Made by a program: the position numbers and the translations under genes
Notes under the pieces: generated by a model
Database searches by the model: none
What the model was told of the DNA's origin: nothing
The model's input: the letters and a program-made list of their open reading frames with translations, nothing else
Assembly: GCA_032718475.1 (NCBI GenBank)
Contig: JAUCBJ010006969.1
Location: forward strand, 1 to 64,000
Source: Nemertoderma westbladi
Taxonomy: Eukaryota > Animalia > Xenacoelomorpha
Direction of reading: 5' to 3'
DNA length: 64,000 bases
Shown: piece after piece, positions 53,101 through 64,000 of the stretch
Position numbering within the stretch: the first letter of the stretch is position 1
Layout of the letters: each line of letters starts with the position of its first letter

Positions 53101-56100
53101 CTATATATATTTATTCAACCCGCTAGCCGAGCCCCGACCAACATGGCCCGTACTCTAGAGGGTTCCCATCTATATATATTTATTCAACCCGCTAGCCGAG
53201 TCCCGACCAACATGGCCCGTACTCTAGAGGGTTCCCATCTATATATATTTATTCAACCCGCTAGCCGAACCCCGACCAACATGGCCCGTACTCTAGAGGG
53301 TTCAACCCGCTAGCCGAGCCCCGACCAACATGGCCCGTACTCTAGAGGGTTCCCATCTATATATATTTATTCAACCCGCTAGCCGAGTCCCGACCAACAT
53401 GGCCTGTACTCTAGAGGGTTCCCATCTATATATATCTATTCAACCAGCTAGCCGAGCCCCGACCAACATGGCCCGTACTCGAGAGGGTTCAACCCGCTAG
53501 CCGAGCCCCGACCAACATGGCCTGTACTCTAGAGGGTTCCCATCTATATATATTTATTCAACCCGCTAGCCGAGTCCCGACCAACATGGCCCGTACTCTA
53601 GAGAGTTCCCATCTATATATATTTATTCAACCCGCTAGCCGAGCCCCGACCAACATGGCCCGTACTCTAGAGGGTTCCCATCTATATATATATCTATTCA
53701 ACCCGCTAGCTGAGCCCCGACCAACATGGCCCATACTCTAGAGGGTTCCCATCTATATATATATCTATTCAACCCGCTAGCCGAACCCCGACCAACATGG
53801 CCCGTACTCTAGAGGGTTCAACCCGCTAGCCGAGCCCCGACCAACATGGCCTGTACTCTAGAGGGTTCCCATCTATATATATTTATTCAACCCGCTAGCC
53901 GAGTCCCGACCAACATGGCCCGTACTCTAGAGAGTTCCCATCTATATATCCATTCAACCCGCTAGCCGAGCCCCGACCAACATGGCCCGTACTCTAGAGG
54001 GTTCCCATCTATATATATATCTATTCAACCCGCTAGCTGAGCCCCGACCAACATGGCCCGTACTCTAGAGAGTTCCCATCTATATATATTTATTCAACCC
54101 GCTAGCCGAGTCCCGACCAACATGGCCCGTACTCTAGAGAGTTCCCATCTATATATATTTATTCAACCCGCTAGCCGAGCCCCGACCAACATGGCCCGTA
54201 CTCTAGAGGGTTCCCATCTATATATCCATTCAACCCGCTAGCCGAGCCCCGACCAACATGGCCCATACTCTAGAGGGTTCCCATCTATATATATCTATTC
54301 AACCCGCTAGCCGAGCCCCGACCAACATGGCCCGTACTCTAGAGGGTTCCCATCTATATATATCTATTCAACCCGCTAGCCGAGCCCCGACCAACATGGC
54401 CCGTACTCTAGAGGGTTCCCATCTATATATATCTATTCAACCCGCTAGCCGAGCCCCGACCAACATGGCCCGTACTCGAGAGGGTTCAACCCGCTAGCCG
54501 AGCCCCGACCAACATGGCCTGTACTCTAGAGGGTTCCCATCTATATATATCTATTCAACCAGCTAGCCGAGCCCCGACCAACATGGCCCGTACTCGAGAG
54601 GGTTCAACCCGCTAGCCGAGCCCCGACCAACATGGCCTGTACTCTAGAGGGTTCCCATCTATATATATTTATTCAACCCGCTAGCCGAGTCCCGACCAAC
54701 ATGGCCCGTACTCTAGAGAGTTCCCATCTATATATATTTATTCAACCCGCTAGCCGAGCCCCGACCAACATGGCCCGTACTCTAGAGGGTTCCCATCTAT
54801 ATATCCATTCAACCCGCTAGCCGAGCCCCGACCAACATGGCCCGTACTCTAGAGGGTTCCCATCTATATATATATCTATTCAACCCGCTAGCTGAGCCCC
54901 GACCAACATGGCCCGTACTCTAGAGGGTTCCCATCTATATATATATCTATTCAACCCGCTAGCTGAGCCCCGACCAACATGGCCCATACTCTAGAGGGTT
55001 CCCATCTATATATATATCTATTCAACCCGCTAGCCGAACCCCGACCAACATGGCCCATACTCTAGAGGGTTCAACCCGCTAGCCGAGCCCCGACCAACAT
55101 GGCCTGTACTCTAGAGGGTTCCCATCTATATATATTTATTCAACCCGCTAGCCGAGCCCCGACCAACATGGCCCGTACTCGAGAGGGTTCAACCCGCTAG
55201 CCGAGCCCCGACCAACATGGCCTGTACTCTAGAGGGTTCCCATCTATATATATATCTATTCAACCCGCTAGCTGAGCCCCGACCAACATGGCCCATACTC
55301 TAGAGGGTTCCCATCTATATATATATCTATTCAACCCGCTAGCCGAACCCCGACCAACATGGCCCATACTCTAGAGGGTTCAACCCGCTAGCCGAGCCCC
55401 GACCAACATGGCCTGTACTCTAGAGGGTTCCCATCTATATATATTTATTCAACCCGCTAGCCGAGCCCCGACCAACATGGCCCGTACTCGAGAGGGTTCA
55501 ACCCGCTAGCCGAGCCCCGACCAACATGGCCCGTACTCTAGAGGGTTCCCATCTATATATATCTATTCAACCCGCTAGCCGAGCCCCGACCAACATGGCC
55601 CGTACTCGAGAGGGTTCAACCCGCTAGCCGAGCCCCGACCAACATGGCCTGTACTCTAGAGGGTTCCCATCTATATATATCTATTCAACCAGCTAGCCGA
55701 GCCCCGACCAACATGGCCCGTACTCGAGAGGGTTCAACCCGCTAGCCGAGCCCCGACCAACATGGCCCGTACTCTAGAGGGTTCCCATCTATATATATCT
55801 ATTCAACCCGCTAACCGAGCCCCGACCAACATGGCCCGTACTCTAGAGGGTTCCCATCTATATATCCATTCAACCCGCTAGCCGAGCCCCGACCAACATG
55901 GCCCGTACTCTAGAGGGTTCCCATCTATATATATATATTCAACCCGCTAGCGGAGCCCCGACCAACATGGCCCATACTCTAGAGGGTTCAACCCGCTAGC
56001 CGAGCCCCGACCAACATGGCCCGTACTCTAGAGGGTTCCCATCTATATATATATCTATTCAACCCGCTAGCCGAGCCCCGACCAACATGGCCCGTACTCT

Positions 56101-58142
56101 AGAGGGTTCCCATCTATATATATCTATTCAACCCGCTAGCGGAGCCCCGACCAACATGGCCCGTACTCTAGAGGGTTCAACCCGCTAGCCGAGCCCCAAC
56201 CAACATGGCCCGTACTCTAGAGGGTTCCCATCTATATATATATCTATTCAACCCGCTAGCCGAGCCCCGACCAACATGGCCCGTACTCTAGAGGGTTCCC
56301 ATCTATATATATCTATTCAACCAGCTAGCGGAGCCCCGACCAACATGGCCCGTACTCTAGAGGGTTCAACCCGCTAGCCGAGCCCCGACCAACATGGCCC
56401 GTACTCTAGAGGGTTCCCATCTATATATATATCTATTCAACCCGCTAGCCGAGCCCCGACCAACATGGCCCGTACTCTAGAGGGTTCCCATCTATATATA
56501 TTCTATTCAACCCGCTAGCCGAGCCCCGACCAACATGGCCCGTACTCTAGAGGGTTCCCATCTATATATATCTATTCAACCCGCTAGCCGAGCCCCGACC
56601 AACATGGCCCGTACTCTAGAGGGTTCCCATCTATATATATCTATTCAACCCGCTAGCCGTGCCCCGACCAACATGGCCCATACTCTAGAGGGTTCAACCC
56701 GCTAGCCGAGCCCCAACCAACATGGCCCGTACTCTAGAGGGTTCCCATCTATATTATCTATTCAACCCGCTAGCCGAGCCCCGACCAACATGGCCCGTAC
56801 TCTAGAGGGTTCCCATCTATATATATCTATTCAACCAGCTAGCCGAGCCCCGACCAACATGGCCCGTACTCGAGAGGGTTCAACCCGCTAGCCGAGCCCC
56901 GACCAACATGGCCCGTACTCTAGAGGGTTCCCATCTATATATATTTATTCAACCCGCTAGCCGAGCCCCGACCAACATGGCCCGTACTCTAGAGGGTTCA
57001 ACCCGCTAGCCGAGCCCCGACCAACATGGCCTGTACTCTAGAGAGTTCCCATCTATATATATTTATTCAACCCGCTAGCCGAGCCCCGACCAACATGGCC
57101 TGTACTCTAGAGAGTTCCCATCTATATATATTTATTCAACCCGCTAGCCGAGCCCCGACCAACATGGCCCATACTCTAGAGGGTTCCCATCTATATATAT
57201 CTATTCAACCAGCTAGCCGAGTCCCGGCCAACATGGCCCATACTCTAGAATAAGGTTCAACCCGCTAGCCATGCCCCGACTAACATGGCCCGTACTCTAG
57301 AGGGTTCAACCCGCTAGCCGAGCCCCGGCCAACATGGCCCATACTCTAGAATAAGGTTCAACCCGCTAGCCATGCCCCGACTAACATGGCCCGTACTCTA
57401 GAGGGTTCAACCCGCTAGCCGAGCCCCGACCAACATGGCCCATACTCTAGAATAAGGTTCAACCCGCTAGCCATGCCCCGACTAACATGGGCCCGTACTC
57501 TAGAGGGTTCAACCCGCTAGCCGAGCCCCGGCCAACATGGCCCATACTCTAGAATAAGGTTCAACCCGCTAGCCATGCCCCGACTAACATGGCCCGTACT
57601 CTAGAGGGTTCAACCCGCTAGCCGAGCCCCGACCAACATGGCCCATACTCTAGAATAAGGTTCAACCCGCTAGCCGAGCCCCGACTAACATGGCCCGTAC
57701 TCTAGAGGGTTCAACCCGCTAGCCGAGCCCCGACCAACATGGCCTGTACTCTAGAGGGTTCCCATCTATATATATCTATTCAACCCGCTAGCCGAGTCCC
57801 GGCCAACATGGCCCATACTCTAGAATAAGGTTCAACCCGCTAGCCATGCCCCGACTAACATGGCCCTTACTCTAGAGGGTTCCCATCTATATATATCTAC
57901 TTAACCCGCTAGCCGAGCCCCGACCAACATGGCCCATACTCTAGAGGGTTCCCATCTATATTATCTATTCAACCCGCTAGCTGCCCCGACCAACATGGCC
58001 CATACTCTAGAGGGTTCCCATCTATATATTTATATTCAACCAGCTAGCCGAGCCCCGGCCAACATGGCCCGTACTCTAGAGGGTTCAACCCGCTAGCCAT
58101 GCCCCGACTAACATGGGCCCGTACTCTAGAGGGTTCCCATCT
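44148..58142 (+). repeat. 14-kb satellite of interspersed 69-bp and 49-bp monomers
   Basis: Short unit ATGGCCCGTACTCTAGAGGGTTCAACCCGCTAGCCGAGCCCCGACCAAC; the long unit adds CCATCTATATATATCTATTC after GGGTTC. Confidence 0.98.
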
Positions 58143-58290
58143 TCTTCACGAGGTGTGGAATCGGAAACACTACGAAGAGCGGATTCGAGAGGTCGAATTG
58201 GCCACATCCACACTCCTTTAATCATGTCAGCGTTTGGGGGAATGTCGCCCACTTCGGTGCAGTTCTTTTAAGCGTCTCGCCCTTCTCATC
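58085..58290 (+). pseudogene. Remnant of the restriction-like endonuclease domain of a CRE-like non-LTR retrotransposon
   Basis: With small frameshifts it reads FNPLA/PTNM/ARTLEGSHLLHEVWNRKHYEERIREVELAT/TPLIMSAFGGMSPTSVQFF/KRLALLI. This matches the typical pattern VFNP.A.S...HE..K...Y..R..EVE...FTPLV.S..GGM......KRLA. Confidence 0.8.
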
Positions 58291-58337
58291 GTCATGCATC
58301 CTTGCTGTCAAAACTGTGAAATTCATAGTTTTTCAAG

Positions 58338-58613
58338 GGGTGACTACAAAACAAAGGCCCAAGAGCCGAATAATAAAGACCTGTACAAAGCACATCAGTT
58401 AACTTTCGTTTATTGTTTTGGTTCCCCAAACACGCCTCTGTAACCTGCTCCTTTACCAGCCTGCTCCTTTAAATGGCAATGGCACCTAACGCTGTTTGGG
58501 GTCCTTGGGTGACTTCAAAACAAAGACCAAAGACCCGATTAATAAAGACCTGTACAAAACACATGAGTTATAACACATTATTTGGGTCTTGGATCTTTGT
58601 TTTGTAGTCACCC
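58338..58613. mobile_element. Small MITE
   Basis: GGGTGACTACAAAACAAAG / CTTTGTTTTGTAGTCACCC, with a second left-end copy at ~58507. Confidence 0.55.
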
Positions 58614-59629
58614 GTGTTTCAAGCGCAAATACGTACATATTTTTATATGTAAACTAGTTAACTAATATTAAATGAAACGGGAAGTGGCTTTACTCCCAGT
58701 GTGTGACGTGGAATGCGAATCCGCAGACAGTTGAGTTTCGCTCTGCTTCGTGCAGCACTGATGTGGCAGTGTGGGTCTCGTTCGTCTCGAAAGCGGCCTA
58801 TCCACGAGGTTGGGGAGGCCTCAATCTGTCAATAAGGCTCGCAAATGCCGAGGCGGACTCCGGCTCGTTGATAAGGGAAGCATGACTGCCGGTTACAGAT
58901 GCATGACTTGTGACTTCCGGTTTCAGATGATACTTCTGGCAGAACTCAACACAAAATGACTATAGTTTATTAAATCTAACTGGTTATGTGTTGATTAAAT
59001 GTGCTACATAAAGGATAATTTTTACTGTATATGCAATATTATAGTGATAATTAATAGATACCCAGGTGGACTGTAAAAAATTTATAGATGATATAGTAAA
59101 GAAATAATTTTTATTGGTATATACAGTATATATAATTATTCAATATTATTAACACACAATTACAGTATATTTGTACACATGTATACATACAATTACAATT
59201 TAATAATTATTGTCTCAGGGAGAGGGGGGGGGGGGGGGGGGTGGGGCCAGGATTTTGTGTAAAGAAGCACCCCGAACGTTAGGGCCTAGAGCAGGCTATG
59301 GTGAGCATAATATCTGGAGGGGGGGGGGGGGGGGGGGGCAGAGCTGCCAAAAACATGGATCCAGGATGAGTTGATAGTTATGGGTACTGTATATAGTACT
59401 GTACTGTATTGTACTGGTTACTGTATATGCCTAGCGCCTTTGTAACTCTTTAAAACATTGGATTGATTGCAAGTGTTTCATCGAAATATTATAAACAGTC
59501 CGAGCGCAGTCGTTTCGTCAAGGTCAATACAGATATAAATTTGTTTAATAATAAGTATAAAAATAACAATTATAACATTGTCAACATTTTCGGTAGTCTA
59601 TGAAGTAGCCTATGGATGATGAGGCTGGA

Positions 59630-60124
59630 TCAAAAAATTCCATTGCTTCTATAGAATGAATCTTTAATAATTCTTGAACGTCCAAACTTGGGCTTCTTTG
59701 GTTCCTTGTTCACTTCCACAATGTTCCACCCGTATTCTAAGTTCTTTGTCTGGGGGAACTCGTATTTATCTTCTGGATTCTTGTGCCTCCGAATATCCAT
59801 GTAAGCGTACCTTCCGGTGCCTTCCTTAGAGAACCCCTCGTACAGCTGCGCTCGCACCGCCGGTGTAACCGGCTTCATATCGCACTTCGTAAGATCGACG
59901 TCCTCTGGGACTATTTCCTTTGGTTTAGGCGATTCAGGTTTCTCCTCGGGAACTACTTTCTGGGGTCTCGCCGTAAGTTTCGGTACGTCTGATACGTGTT
60001 TCGGACGTCGGATTTCGTCATCTTCTCTCGCGTATTCCGCTCCATATTTCTCCCGCCACTGCAGCCTTGTATAAGCTTCCTTCTCCACTAATTCTTTCCA
60101 CGCGTTTTGTTTTGATGTATTCAT
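59630..60124 (-). CDS. SPMIP1: SPMIP1/ATP6V1FNB-like ciliary/sperm microtubule inner protein, single ORF
   Basis: Motifs QNAWKELVEKEAYTRLQW..KY, MKPVTPAVRAQLYEGFSKEGTGRYAY, PEDKYEFP...EYGW and FGRSRIIKDSFYRSNGIF. Confidence 0.8.
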   Translation of the reverse strand: MNTSKQNAWKELVEKEAYTRLQWREKYGAEYAREDDEIRRPKHVSDVPKLTARPQKVVPEEKPESPKPKEIVPEDVDLTKCDMKPVTPAVRAQLYEGFSKEGTGRYAYMDIRRHKNPEDKYEFPQTKNLEYGWNIVEVNKEPKKPKFGRSRIIKDSFYRSNGIF

Positions 60125-61164
60125 CGTTACATTACCTAGTATATAGTTGCTTTACCCACACCATAAGATATTTATAATATTTCTAAAGATTAAAAAACAA
60201 ATCTAATAAGATAACTACAGTACAGTATGTGTAGACTTAACGACAATGTGAAACAATATAAAATTAAATTAAATCCTATCATTTTTGCTACAAAATGGAT
60301 TTTAACAGCGAGCATCCGAGGGGTATTACTATCGGAATTAAATGATCCGAATATTTAAATAAATTGAATAAATTGAATAATTAAATAATACGCGTGGCTA
60401 TATTTCGCGAGCGAAACGAGCAAGGGGGGTGAGGGAAGGACATCTTGCTACACAACTATTTAATTGAAACGTTAAGGAAGACACAACGGAAGAATTTAAT
60501 AATTGAAACTACTAATGTACTATCCTTTGTTAATGTTATTGTTAAAGCTCTCAAAACATAGTTGATTTATTAATATAAATCATACAGCATGTAGAATGTA
60601 GGCGCGGTGCTGGGACTACTGTACGAATGTGGGTAACTTTAGCTACAGTGCAACGTTATGATACTTCACACATACTGTTTATATTATCTCTTGGCAACCG
60701 GAATTATATTGCAATGGATAGTAAATTATCGCAATAATAATCACCATTAATTTAATATAATCTGCTATCAAGGCCATCATAATAATATTAGGTTGGCCTC
60801 GCCCTCAGTGCTATACTGAAACTATTATCCTGCTATCCGTTATAATGTTTTAATGTTTTCCTAATAAATTAGTGTTAGGGGGGCCTAATGTACTTATTAA
60901 GGTTATTTTAATGTTTCGCATTGTTATGTCCATAAGCAAGACACTTTAAATATTAGTGCTTACACAAACTCAGCGGTACAATAATGAGGCATGACTTCTA
61001 CTTCTGCTAGGAGAGTAAGAAAAGTGTTGGATAGTTGTGGTGACTACACCCTTGGGAGTAAGTGTCGCGCCCCCCTGCCTTACAGATAATGGACAAGGGA
61101 GAGGAAGGTGTTTTTGGGTTGCTAAGGTGTTAAAGTGATTCGCCACGTTCACCGTTAACTATCG

Positions 61165-61470
61165 GCATGCTGTATTACAGCTGCATTAAATATATCAAAT
61201 ATATATTAAGAATGCTGTATCGGCTTGTTTACAAAATTGCGCCGCCTGCCACAACTCTCCATCAGCCCTGACTATTGCTAGATCAAACGCATCTTCAAGG
61301 CCAGTTTCCTTTAGGAGGCGTTCCAAGAAAGTCTAGGCTGCCCACCATGTTTATTCACTTTATGAGGCCAAAGCACAAGATTATGGACAGGGTGGTACTT
61401 ACGGCGAAAACAATGTCCTGCAAAGCGGAGGAGTCCCCGTTCAAGAGTCAAGCTTGGGGAGACTAATGAA
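61165..61470 (-). mobile_element. Short 3' fragment of the same RTE LINE family as 14450-16720
   Basis: Shares gctgcatta..atatatattaagaatgctg..caaaattgcgccgc..gcatcttcaaggccagt..caatgtcctgcaaagcggag..caagcttgggg with 14450-14680. Confidence 0.8.
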
Positions 61471-62236
61471 ACCTTATTTCCAATTGGAGTGCTGTTTCGG
61501 GTGAAATTGGCCTACTGTATATACTTAATTTCGCGAAATGTTAATTAGTTATTAAACTTTTAAGAAACCTTTTAAGTGAAAAGATCACGTTGTTTTGGTG
61601 GCCATTTCTAAACAAAATTATAAACTGAATTTAGAAACTTGGAATAATACTGAACTGAATTTCAATAAATTCAATTAGATAGAGCAAAACTTAACTGAAG
61701 CCAGTGTGATTGACGACTTTCTTTTATTGTTTTGGTTAGAATAACGCTCAACTGTAATAGACCAATGTGAAGAATACAATACCAGGTTTTCACCAAAAAT
61801 ACAGGTTACAGAAGGGCTGAATCTAACCAAAACAATAAACGAATTAGTATCTGTACAGCAGGTTATAAGATAGAAAAAAGCGCTATAAAACACTTAGTAA
61901 GGATAAATAAAAAAAATATGGCGACCACCACATTATCTGTAAGAAAGACTTTTCACAACCCGAACGTTAGTTGCTTGGGTCATATTTGTCACTTTGTGGT
62001 AACCCCGCTGCATTCTTTGATTCAAGGATTAAATTACGCCTTGCCTACCACATTGGGGTCTTGTAAGAAAAACACCAAACAAACCACTACTGCATGAGTG
62101 TGGGCTCGAATCAAGTGATCATTATGAATAGTGGATCCCACTTGGGGATGGATCGCATCATGATAATGCATCCGCAAGTGGACTCCTCAGTAGTCTACAC
62201 TCTACAAGTCCCAGTTTCATAGCGTAGGCTAGGCTA

Positions 62237-63201
62237 CTCTATTAAAGGCTTTGCAAGCGTGCAGCCTTCATAAATTATGGCGGCTGGATTATAACCGGTA
62301 GCGTACTGCTGTACTGTGTGTGTGCAGGGATGCGGAGAGTTCTATAAATTTCATTTGTTGAAATTTGGTTAATGGACAGAATTGAAGCCTCCTCGTTTTA
62401 AGCAGGATACTAAATTTTATGGTAGATAGTGTTTTAGGTAGGTTTAGCTAGTAATTTCAACACTGGTTCCGATATCCTACTTCCTTCTATAAATATTTTA
62501 TAGTAGCTAGTTCTTATTTCTATTTGTATAGGAAATGTTCCAGAACATGTTAGCTATTCATTTTTTAAAAAAATATGTAAAAAAAATATAAAAAATAATA
62601 CAACAAATATTTTGTGTTCTAGAACATTTTTTAGAAAAAATCTGGATTCGATTTAAAACGCATGGAATCGTCCTAAAACGTGTTTAAGATCAATAAAAAA
62701 AAATAGCGAAAAAAGAATTTGTGAAAAAATTTAATTGAAAAAAAAACTTTGAAAATTGTTTTTTCTTGATTTTAAACACGTTTTAGAACGATTCCATGCG
62801 TTTTAAATCGAATCCAGATTTTTTACAAAAAAATGTTCTAGAACAAAAAATATTTGTTCTCGAATAGTTAACATGTTCTGGAACATTTTCTATAGAAATA
62901 GAAATAAGAACTAGCTACTATAAAATATTTATAGAAGGAAGTACATTACTGTAGGATATCGGAACCAGTGTTGAAATTACTAGCTAAACCTACCTAAAAC
63001 ACTAGCTACCATAAAATTTAGTATATTACTTATAACAAGGAGGCTTCAATTACGTCCATTAACCAAATTGCAACAAATGAAAATTTATAGAACTCTCCCA
63101 CTCCCCATGCCTGCACACACACAGTACAGTAGTACGCTACCGGTTATAATCCAGCCTCCATAAATTATGAAGGCTGCACGCTTGAAAGACCTTTAATAGA
63201 G
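62237..63201. mobile_element. 965-bp near-perfect palindromic MITE with TA TSD (Tc1/mariner-type)
   Basis: TA|CTCTATTAAAGG...CCTTTAATAGAG|TA; arms of about 450 bp are reverse complements around an A-rich centre. Confidence 0.9.
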
Positions 63202-63576
63202 TACGCTATGCCCAGTTTACTATATTTTCTATACAGTTCGACAGCCAGACAGCCTAGCCTACCTGCAGACCTGAGACCTGTCGAGGATGTTAGTATTTTC
63301 GCAGTCGGTGTTGAGTTACGGTAAAGGAAAATTTCAATTTGAAAAATCAATAAATTTATATTGCGTATTGCTTGATTCAGTGATTGTTGATAGGCCTATA
63401 TATGGACTACAACTGGACGGACAGCTGGACTATGCTCAGATCGAGACAGCCAGATGCTTGTTCGTTGTAATGTTTGATGTTGTACCGGTATGATATGACA
63501 GTATGATGGTGACATAGAAAGCCTACTCTGTAATTACAAAAGAAAAAAGTTGAGACAAAAATTCATCATTATCATT

Positions 63577-64000
63577 ATGATTGGATGGTTTAGAATAACT
63601 ATTCGATTTATTTTAAATCGCACTATAGGTTGGCGCGCCACAGCCTTCCTATCAACCCTTATTTGCCGCGCTTTCAGTGGCACATTCTCCGCCGCCACAA
63701 CATTTCTCTTCATTCTGTGGCTCTCTGTGTTTCTCTACACGTCTCTCTATTACGCTTTCGTTCCCGTCGCTCTTATAGTATCGCCTATCCACTTCCATTT
63801 CGATTCCGACTGCCGCACCCCAGAATCTCCCCATCGTTTGTGCAGCTTCCCTTCTGCTTACATCCCCCTCACCCAGGGAATCCAACAGCAGAGACTATTG
63901 ATGCGCGGCCAGCCGTACTCCGTAAACGTAGAACTAGAAGCCCCGTTATCGAGTGTCAACAGAAAACTCGGAATGTTTATGGTCCATCTCGAGTTTTATT
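63577..64000 (+). CDS. BSCL2: Seipin (BSCL2), 5' part, truncated by the window end
   Basis: ATG at 63577 opens MIGWFRITIRF...FILWLSVFLYTSLYYAFVP..SPIHFHFDSDC..LCSFPSAYIPL..LLMRGQPYSVNVELEAPLSSVNRKLGMFMV. This matches seipin TM1 and the lumenal motifs CSFP, GQPY and N..LGMF. Confidence 0.92.
   Translation, partial: MIGWFRITIRFILNRTIGWRATAFLSTLICRAFSGTFSAATTFLFILWLSVFLYTSLYYAFVPVALIVSPIHFHFDSDCRTPESPHRLCSFPSAYIPLTQGIQQQRLLMRGQPYSVNVELEAPLSSVNRKLGMFMVHLEFY

Noticed and set aside
44758-57253. Many MARTLEGSHLYISIQPASRAPTN ORFs
   Set aside because: Translations of runs of 69-bp monomers, not genes.
44148-58142. Pol III A-box/B-box resemblance in the short monomer (TAGCCGAGC, GGTTCAACCC)
   Set aside because: The B-box-like string is created by the 20-bp deletion, and the monomer is better explained as retrotransposon coding sequence. 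There is no tRNA fold.

Overview
Eukaryotic (invertebrate animal-like) genomic DNA, not prokaryotic. There are four host genes with very few introns: rhophilin (+, 2 exons, 654 aa), sidekick (-, 4 exons, 2299 aa, 6 Ig + 13 FN3 + TM + FSSFV tail), a SPMIP1/ATP6V1FNB-like gene (-, single ORF) and the 5' part of seipin (+, runs off the window and is absent from the ORF track). The rest is repeat-dense. It includes the 3' end of a probable LTR retroelement with accessory ORFs (1-2413), a decayed RTE-type LINE, a CsRN1-type Gypsy element with a rearranged 3' end, several MITE/foldback elements, and five tandem arrays (41, 43-44, 42, ~52 and 49/69 bp). Main observations: (1) the 14-kb satellite monomer is a slice of the restriction-like endonuclease coding region of a CRE-like retrotransposon whose remnant continues in frame at the array edge; (2) the 41-bp array amplifies the rhophilin stop-codon region about 80 times; (3) the Gypsy 3' LTR is preceded by a copy of its own upstream host flank instead of the integrase tail and PPT; (4) TA-[CAG/CTG/CCGG/GGCC]-TA insertions resembling transposon excision footprints are pervasive, and one of them bounds a minisatellite. 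Family assignments come from motif recognition by eye; no searches were run.
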